Positions 57,946 through 64,000 of a stretch of DNA of 64,000 nucleotides are shown here, in pieces. Numbering within the stretch: the first letter of the stretch is position 1; every line of letters starts with the position of its first letter. The position numbers and the translations under genes are program-made. The notes under the pieces are model-generated. The model ran no database searches, had not been told where the DNA came from, and saw only the letters and a list, made by a program, of their open reading frames with translations. This DNA comes from a virus: positions 32,390-96,389 of IMG/VR virus record IMGVR_UViG_3300025133_000048; one strand, given 5' to 3'.

Positions 57946-60303
57946 ATGAACAATTTATTTGAAAACTGGAGAAGATATATCTCCGAGGCTGAAGAGGAAG
58001 AAATTTCACACTTGCAGGATGCACTTGATGTTCCTGTTGAGGACTATCTGTTTTCCAATATCTTTGGAAACAGGTATCGTCTTATTTCTGAATTCACCGC
58101 TCCTGATGAGGGGCCTCTTTCTGAATTAACAACCATTCTGTCTACTCATGGCTGGGAAGTGGATTTTAAAAACTTCAAGGCTCGCAAAACCATAAGAACA
58201 CGAAAAAATGTTGAAGGTGAAATGGTTGATGTTGAAAGAATTGAAGAAGTCAAACTCATTAAGCTCATCAATAACATAATCACACAGCTTAATACTATCG
58301 GTGATAAAGTTAAGGCACTGAACAAAACCGAAGATAAGACCAAGCAGAAAAAAATGATTATGTCATTTGATAAGGGTTTTAACAAATTCTTCGGACAACC
58401 TGCTGCAAACATGAAACCAACCGGCGGAGAGAGCTATCCGTTTCAGTCAATCGTTTCCGATCCAGATCAGGCTCCATACTTTCTTGGAATGGTTATGACT
58501 TGGTCGCGAAGAGAATCTATGCTAAAGAAGTCCGCCGCAAAAATGAAAAAGAATGCTGAATTTCTTGCAAAGAATAGAGAAGATATATCAAAGAACTACG
58601 AGAAGTATTTTAACGAGAAGTATTACATGGTTCTCTCAAGACATCCAATTGATGTGTTCAGAATGTCAGATCATGAAGGGTTGCAGTCGTGCCACATGCC
58701 TCCTTCTAAGAAACACATGACAGAATACGACGAATACAACATTTGTGCTCTGGCTGAGGCTCATGCTAATGGCATGATAGCATATGCAATTTCGGAAGAG
58801 TTTTTCAAGGATGCTGGAGTTGAGCCGACACAGGCGGGAATAGATAAATACGAGGATGATGAACTGTTCGCAGATCCGGATAGAAGTGTTGACGGGATCA
58901 GACCAGAAGCAAGAATAAGAGTAAAGAACCTATCCTACAGAAATGAAAGCGAACAAATAGGACTCGCTGTTCCTCAAGGTAAGATCTATGGAGATAAAGT
59001 TCCGGGTTTTATTGAACATCTTTACAATGTAACAGAAGAAGCACAAAAGGAAGAAGCCAATAAAATTATTGAGCTTGAAGGCGACACCGTTGATTATGAT
59101 AAGTTCACCAGATTTGGTGGGAGCTATGAAGACAGTGGTTTCGGAGCAGAGTTTTCCATTATTAGTTTTCTTAATGGTGTTTCCGGAAAGTCGCTGACAG
59201 GTCTCGGATCAGTCAATTATGATGATGATTTAGAAGCATCGCTATCACAAGAACTTGGCAGCAGTTATGAAAGAATACAACTTATGATGACCGAGGTTGA
59301 GGAAGCAGTTGCTTATCGTAGTGGAGACCTAAACATAGATTTTGGCTTTGATGTGGAAGAGCACGGACCAGAAGATGTTTGGATTATGATGACCGTTACC
59401 ATGGCTATAACAATACAAGGTAAGTTAAGGCAAGGAAAAACAATTCGTAATCTGATGGGTGAAATTGAAGAAGCATTAGAGATGGCTGAAGATCTTTATT
59501 ATGAGATTCCTTCTCCAAGGGTTGTACAGGATTTGGTACCTGATGGTGAAGATGTGTTTAGAATTGTATTAGAGTGGGATGGAGAAAAAGCAAATGACCT
59601 TATTGGTGTTGAGTGGATTGATCCTCATGAGATTGAAGGAGAAATAGATTCCGCCCTTCATCATGGCAAAAACTTAACCGCTATTTTTGCATCGTCTGAT
59701 GAGATGTCGGACGGACTCCCAGCCTATATTGAAGCTTATGCTGAAAAGGAAGGTGTATTTGAGGGTGAAAACTATTCGGTTCATCACTTGGTTAACCTTA
59801 ATACAGAAGAAAGAGGCATCTGGGAAGTTGAAGAGCTTGAGTGGGAAGATGATCTTATTATGGGAGAGGTTCTCGGTGAAGCAAAGTTTTCTTCTAGCGG
59901 AGACATATCCATCTATCCGGATGAGATCTTGAAAGCTGCCCTTGGTGATCAATTTGATGATGAAAATATAGATCCAAGAATAATAGCCAGAGCCATTGAG
60001 CTACTGGGTGAAGTTAAAGAGCTGGGTGTTTTTGATGCTTTGGATGCTACTATTGAATTTGACGGTGAGTTTACAAAAGAAGCAATCAAGGAAGAAGATG
60101 ATATCACTTTGGACATTGAATTTCGTATACAGAGAGAAGACGGCTCCACTGCAATGGAGGCAGCAAAGATGCTTGTAGACAGCGCCGAAGAAGAAATACG
60201 CGAACAAATTGAATCTTATGTGGCAAACAAGCTGAAAAACGAATTACTCGCAGAGGCGAATACAAGACCCCAAAGAACAGTAAAAATAAAAATAAGAAGG
60301 TAA
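57946..60303 (+). CDS. Large acidic hypothetical protein, possible internal/ejected head protein
   Basis: MNNLFENWRRYISE N-terminus; SRHPIDVFRMSDH..SCH motif; very acidic C-terminal half. Confidence 0.55.
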   Translation: MNNLFENWRRYISEAEEEEISHLQDALDVPVEDYLFSNIFGNRYRLISEFTAPDEGPLSELTTILSTHGWEVDFKNFKARKTIRTRKNVEGEMVDVERIEEVKLIKLINNIITQLNTIGDKVKALNKTEDKTKQKKMIMSFDKGFNKFFGQPAANMKPTGGESYPFQSIVSDPDQAPYFLGMVMTWSRRESMLKKSAAKMKKNAEFLAKNREDISKNYEKYFNEKYYMVLSRHPIDVFRMSDHEGLQSCHMPPSKKHMTEYDEYNICALAEAHANGMIAYAISEEFFKDAGVEPTQAGIDKYEDDELFADPDRSVDGIRPEARIRVKNLSYRNESEQIGLAVPQGKIYGDKVPGFIEHLYNVTEEAQKEEANKIIELEGDTVDYDKFTRFGGSYEDSGFGAEFSIISFLNGVSGKSLTGLGSVNYDDDLEASLSQELGSSYERIQLMMTEVEEAVAYRSGDLNIDFGFDVEEHGPEDVWIMMTVTMAITIQGKLRQGKTIRNLMGEIEEALEMAEDLYYEIPSPRVVQDLVPDGEDVFRIVLEWDGEKANDLIGVEWIDPHEIEGEIDSALHHGKNLTAIFASSDEMSDGLPAYIEAYAEKEGVFEGENYSVHHLVNLNTEERGIWEVEELEWEDDLIMGEVLGEAKFSSSGDISIYPDEILKAALGDQFDDENIDPRIIARAIELLGEVKELGVFDALDATIEFDGEFTKEAIKEEDDITLDIEFRIQREDGSTAMEAAKMLVDSAEEEIREQIESYVANKLKNELLAEANTRPQRTVKIKIRR

Positions 60304-60307
60304 TAGA

Positions 60308-60802
60308 ATGTCAGATGATAATAAGTGGTCAAAACCAGATTCTCCTCCCCCGCCGATGTTCTTCGGAGAGAAAGAAAAGAATCTTGTAAAACAAGTTAAT
60401 GATGAAATTATTGAGCGAGTTGTTGGACAACAGCTTCTTTACTTTCCGATTGACATTGACCATACCAATTTTCATCCTTTATATGGAGAAGCAATTGAAA
60501 AAACATTTCTCCCACCAGTTCGTGTATTTGCAAGAGTTGAATATCAAGGTGTTGAAACAAATTTTGTTGACAACTTGGCACTTGATAAAAAGACTGGTTT
60601 AAAGATAATGTTTCACAAAAGAAGATTAACCGAAGATCAGAACCTGTTTGTACGAGAAGGTGATTTTGTAAAATACGGAAAAATCTTTTATGAAATTGTA
60701 AAATTAAATGAACCAAAACACCTTTTTGGTCAAGCCGATACACAATTTGAAATTATAGCAGATTGTATAAGAGCAAGAGACGGAGTTTTCAATGCAGAGT
60801 GA
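60308..60802 (+). CDS. Head closure/neck protein (T4 gp14-like)
   Basis: EII..VVGQ..LYF.ID...T..H.LYGEA..K.F, EGDF..YG..FYEI. Confidence 0.75.
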   Translation: MSDDNKWSKPDSPPPPMFFGEKEKNLVKQVNDEIIERVVGQQLLYFPIDIDHTNFHPLYGEAIEKTFLPPVRVFARVEYQGVETNFVDNLALDKKTGLKIMFHKRRLTEDQNLFVREGDFVKYGKIFYEIVKLNEPKHLFGQADTQFEIIADCIRARDGVFNAE

Positions 60803-61634
60803 GACAAGACCAGTGAAGTTTTTAGCATCATCATTAGAAACCATTGATACAGGCATGTATGAATGGGTTGATGAAACTTTGAACCTACATACTAAAACTA
60901 ATAAAGGAATCTACAAAGCGCCTGTTCTTTGGCTTGGCACTGAGAGAGTTTGGCAAATCAAAAGCGATCAGCGAATCAGAGACAAAGTTGGAAAGTTAAT
61001 CCTTCCCCTTATCACTGTTAACAGATCTTCCGTGACAAAAGATCCTAATTTCAAAGGAATCTTTCAAGCACACCTTTATGAGCAGAATGATTTTAGAGGT
61101 GGTGCAACTCCTGCTGCACGATCAACCAATCAAGACCGAACCAGAGAGTTTCAAAATAATAGACAGAATAATATAACTAAAGGTAACCAACAAACAGGAA
61201 AGCAAGATGAAAACAGCGAAGTTGTTTATGATACACTAAACTCTCCAATACCTGTGTATGTTGCTGTTACTTATTCCATTACTCTGAGAACAGAATACCA
61301 ACAACAAATGAATGACTTAATGCAGCCGTTCATCACATCCACTGGTCAAATCAATTCATTCTTTTTCAAAAAAGATGGTCATAGCTATGAAGCCTTCATA
61401 CAACAAGACATGTCTATGAATAACAACACAACAAATCTTGGCGAAGAAGAAAGAATGTTTGAAACAAAAATAGATATAAAAGTTCAAGGGTATTTAATAG
61501 GAGAGGGGTATTCTAGGGATAAGCCTACCTTATCGCGACGACAAAATAGAGCAAAATTAGTCTTTACCGGTGAAAGGACTATGGTCGGTGATAAAATCCC
61601 TCATAAGACAAAAGACAATGATTACAAAGACTAG
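60792..61634 (+). CDS. Tail completion/terminator protein (T4 gp15-like)
   Basis: ILPLITVNR, PVYV.VTYSI...T.YQQQMN.L, GYLI; sits directly before the sheath gene. Confidence 0.7.
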   Translation: MQSETRPVKFLASSLETIDTGMYEWVDETLNLHTKTNKGIYKAPVLWLGTERVWQIKSDQRIRDKVGKLILPLITVNRSSVTKDPNFKGIFQAHLYEQNDFRGGATPAARSTNQDRTREFQNNRQNNITKGNQQTGKQDENSEVVYDTLNSPIPVYVAVTYSITLRTEYQQQMNDLMQPFITSTGQINSFFFKKDGHSYEAFIQQDMSMNNNTTNLGEEERMFETKIDIKVQGYLIGEGYSRDKPTLSRRQNRAKLVFTGERTMVGDKIPHKTKDNDYKD

Positions 61635-61654
61635 TGCTTTTAAGCATTAGAACT

Positions 61655-61671
61655 ACTATTTATTGTGATAA
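61655..61671 (+). promoter_or_regulatory. Putative strong late promoter ACTATTTATTGTGATAA
   Basis: Identical to 53375-53391; precedes SD AAGGAG and the sheath gene. Confidence 0.75.
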
Positions 61672-61693
61672 GAATTATTTAAGGAGTTTTTAA

Positions 61694-64000
61694 ATGCCAA
61701 GGAAATTTGATTTCATATCTCCAGATATCGTCCTTAACGAGGTTGATGAGTCTGTGCTTCCTGTTGAAGCAACTGAAGTTGGGCCTCTATTAATCGGCCA
61801 AACTGAGAGAGGACCGGCGATGAAGCCGGTAAGAGTTACAAACCTCAGCGATTTGTATGCTATCTTTGGAAATCCAATCAGCGGAAGGGGTACTTCCGAT
61901 TTGGATGTATGGAGAGAAGGGAATAAAAAAGTCCCAACCTATGCAATGTATGCAGCACAAGCTCATCTTGCAGCAAACAGCACACCAGTTACAATGGTTC
62001 GCCTTCTAGGTGAAGCCGATTCAAATCAGTCATCTGGTACTAGGGTGGGCTGGAAATTAAACGGAAAGAGCGAGGCCACCGTTGCAGCTAATACAACTGC
62101 TTACGGCTTGTTCATTATGCCATCTGCATCAGCAACCACTAACCCAACCGGTTCTTTGGCTGCTATCTTTTATGCCACAGGGTCTTCTTTGCTTCTTAGT
62201 GGAAGTGATTCTCTAGGAAACGCAGGACAGAAGGCAACAGCACAATTGATAGAATCAACTGCTGGTGGAAAGTTTACCATGATTGTATCCTCTTCTTCCG
62301 GAGAAGGTAATTCAATTAGTTTTTCTTTTGACCCGAATGCAGAAGACTTTATTCGAAATAGATTCAATACCAATCCACAGAAGATTGAAGCTAGTGACAA
62401 CTTTGGAACTACAAATGAATCATATTGGCTTGGAGAAACTTTTGAGCAAGCAGCCACAGATGATGTATCTGGTGGTTCTGTTACCGGAGACCAGTATGGT
62501 GTCCTTCTTCCGCTTCAAAAAGGATCACTAGAGACAGGAAACTGGGCATATCATGAGTTCGATTCTCAGCAAGCAAAGACCGGTTATTTCTTAAACCGCA
62601 AGGTTGGTGGAACTCGCGCGAAGCTTTTTCGCCTTGTCGCACACTCTGCTGGTGAGTGGGAAAGTAAAAACCTACATGTAGAGATCGGTGACCTTCGGGT
62701 AGGAAACTCTCAAAACCCTAACTCTTCATTTACTGTTAAGATTATGAACGGAAAGCAGATTCTAGAAAGATTTTCTAACTGTAACTTGGACCTTACCAGT
62801 GAAAACTTTATCGCTAAAAAGATCGGTGATCAGTATCTAGATTGGGATGCCACGAACAAGAAGTATAATGTTCGCGGAGAGTATGCAAATGTATCTGATT
62901 ATGTATATGTAGAGCTTGATGCAGCTGTTGCCAATCAAACTCTTGAAGACTCATTCGCTCTTCCTGTTGGATTCGAAGGTCCTCTTCAGCACAAAGGTTG
63001 GTCTTTTAGATCAGGATCCGCTGATGTTGAAACAAAAGCAGCGGCTCCAAGTGCAGCATTTACAGAGCCCTATATTCTAGGTGGGAATGGAATTGCAAGT
63101 TCCGGAGCCCCAGCTAGTAACCTTGTAGGTGGATTGGTTGAAGACTTTACAGGGTCTTTGAACTTCCCATCACTTAGACTTACAAGTCTAAACACAAACC
63201 AAGGTGGAAACTATGCTGCTTCTTCTGTGTTTGGTGTTCGACACTATCAAGGATCTACAACTTATCGCGATGCTAGTTATGGAGACATCTTGCGTGTTCT
63301 TCCAAACAATGTAACCGCAGCCGGTAACTCGTTTGAACTATCGTTTACTTTCTCACTGGAAGAAATTGCTGCATCAAACGGACTATACTACTTCAACGAA
63401 GGAGTTATGGGTTATGGTGAAGGAACAGGAAATACACTTCAATCACTATTCAACCTAGGTGTCAAGCAATACCGTGCTCCAATGGTTGGAGGATCCGATG
63501 GTGTTGATATCAAAAAGGTATCACCATTCTCTGATTATCACATCGGTGGAAGCGATACCAGTGTCACTAACTATGTTAAGCACACAATTGAAAAAGCACT
63601 TGATACAGTAGCAGATTCAGAAGTTGTTGAGTACGAAATAATTGCTATGCCCGGAATGACCGATACTACGATCACAAACCGCATGATTCAAATCTGTGAA
63701 GATCGTGGAGATGCAATGGCAGTTGTTGACTTAGATGGAATCTATCGACATGAGTTTGAGGCTGCTTCACAAGAAAATGGTGCTGCCTCGGATGCTATTT
63801 CAACAGCAAACACTAGATTGATCAATTCATCTTATGTTGCAACTTACTACCCATCAGTTCGTATCACAGACACAGCCAACGGTGGTAATAATGTTCTTAT
63901 TGTTCCTCCATCAGTTGCTGCTATTGGAGCAATCGCAAAGTCCCAAGGAACATCGGAGCCTTGGTTTGCACCTGCTGGATTTAACAGAGGTGGAATCAAT
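61694..64000 (+). CDS. Contractile tail sheath protein (T4 gp18-like), truncated by window end; missing from the ORF track
   Basis: Manual translation: MPRKFDFISPDIVLNEVDES..GPLLIGQTERGPAMKPVRV..IFG.P; near the end CEDRGDAMAVVD, SSYVATYYP, VPPS, PWFAPAGFNRGGI. Confidence 0.93.
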   Translation, partial: MPRKFDFISPDIVLNEVDESVLPVEATEVGPLLIGQTERGPAMKPVRVTNLSDLYAIFGNPISGRGTSDLDVWREGNKKVPTYAMYAAQAHLAANSTPVTMVRLLGEADSNQSSGTRVGWKLNGKSEATVAANTTAYGLFIMPSASATTNPTGSLAAIFYATGSSLLLSGSDSLGNAGQKATAQLIESTAGGKFTMIVSSSSGEGNSISFSFDPNAEDFIRNRFNTNPQKIEASDNFGTTNESYWLGETFEQAATDDVSGGSVTGDQYGVLLPLQKGSLETGNWAYHEFDSQQAKTGYFLNRKVGGTRAKLFRLVAHSAGEWESKNLHVEIGDLRVGNSQNPNSSFTVKIMNGKQILERFSNCNLDLTSENFIAKKIGDQYLDWDATNKKYNVRGEYANVSDYVYVELDAAVANQTLEDSFALPVGFEGPLQHKGWSFRSGSADVETKAAAPSAAFTEPYILGGNGIASSGAPASNLVGGLVEDFTGSLNFPSLRLTSLNTNQGGNYAASSVFGVRHYQGSTTYRDASYGDILRVLPNNVTAAGNSFELSFTFSLEEIAASNGLYYFNEGVMGYGEGTGNTLQSLFNLGVKQYRAPMVGGSDGVDIKKVSPFSDYHIGGSDTSVTNYVKHTIEKALDTVADSEVVEYEIIAMPGMTDTTITNRMIQICEDRGDAMAVVDLDGIYRHEFEAASQENGAASDAISTANTRLINSSYVATYYPSVRITDTANGGNNVLIVPPSVAAIGAIAKSQGTSEPWFAPAGFNRGGIN

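Noticed and set aside
1-64000. Alternative genetic code (stop codon reassignment)
   Set aside because: Standard-code ORFs tile the window densely, and TAA, TAG and TGA all end well-recognised genes at expected positions.

Overview
This window is a structural/morphogenesis module of a large T4-like (contractile-tailed, probably jumbo) bacteriophage. It is AT-rich, uses the standard genetic code, and all credible genes are on the + strand. Gene order: baseplate genes (gp25-like, gp6-like) and very large LamG/lectin-domain virion proteins; a RuvC-like resolvase, primase and fused Mre11-Rad50 (SbcD-SbcC) block, with resolvase and primase behind near-perfect sigma70 promoters; a putative lysis trio; terminase, portal, prohead protease and a phage-encoded ribosomal protein bS21; fibre/decoration genes, scaffold, major capsid, neck and tail-completion genes; and a tail sheath gene (absent from the ORF track) running off the end. 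A repeated intergenic motif (A/C)CTA(T/C)TTAT looks like the phage late promoter. Most unusual observations: (1) an unannotated 17-aa Cys-Cys micropeptide whose UGA is followed by a hairpin that could hide the prohead protease ribosome-binding site; (2) a pervasive [S/T]-[G/A/S]-S tripeptide in outward-facing virion proteins but nearly absent from internal and enzymatic ones; (3) a decayed homing endonuclease flanked by a duplicated Rad50 C-terminus exactly 400 bp apart; (4) a LamG domain split across two in-frame genes; (5) a tail-fibre anchor domain apparently split into N-half and C-half genes. All product calls come from motif recognition and synteny, not database searches.
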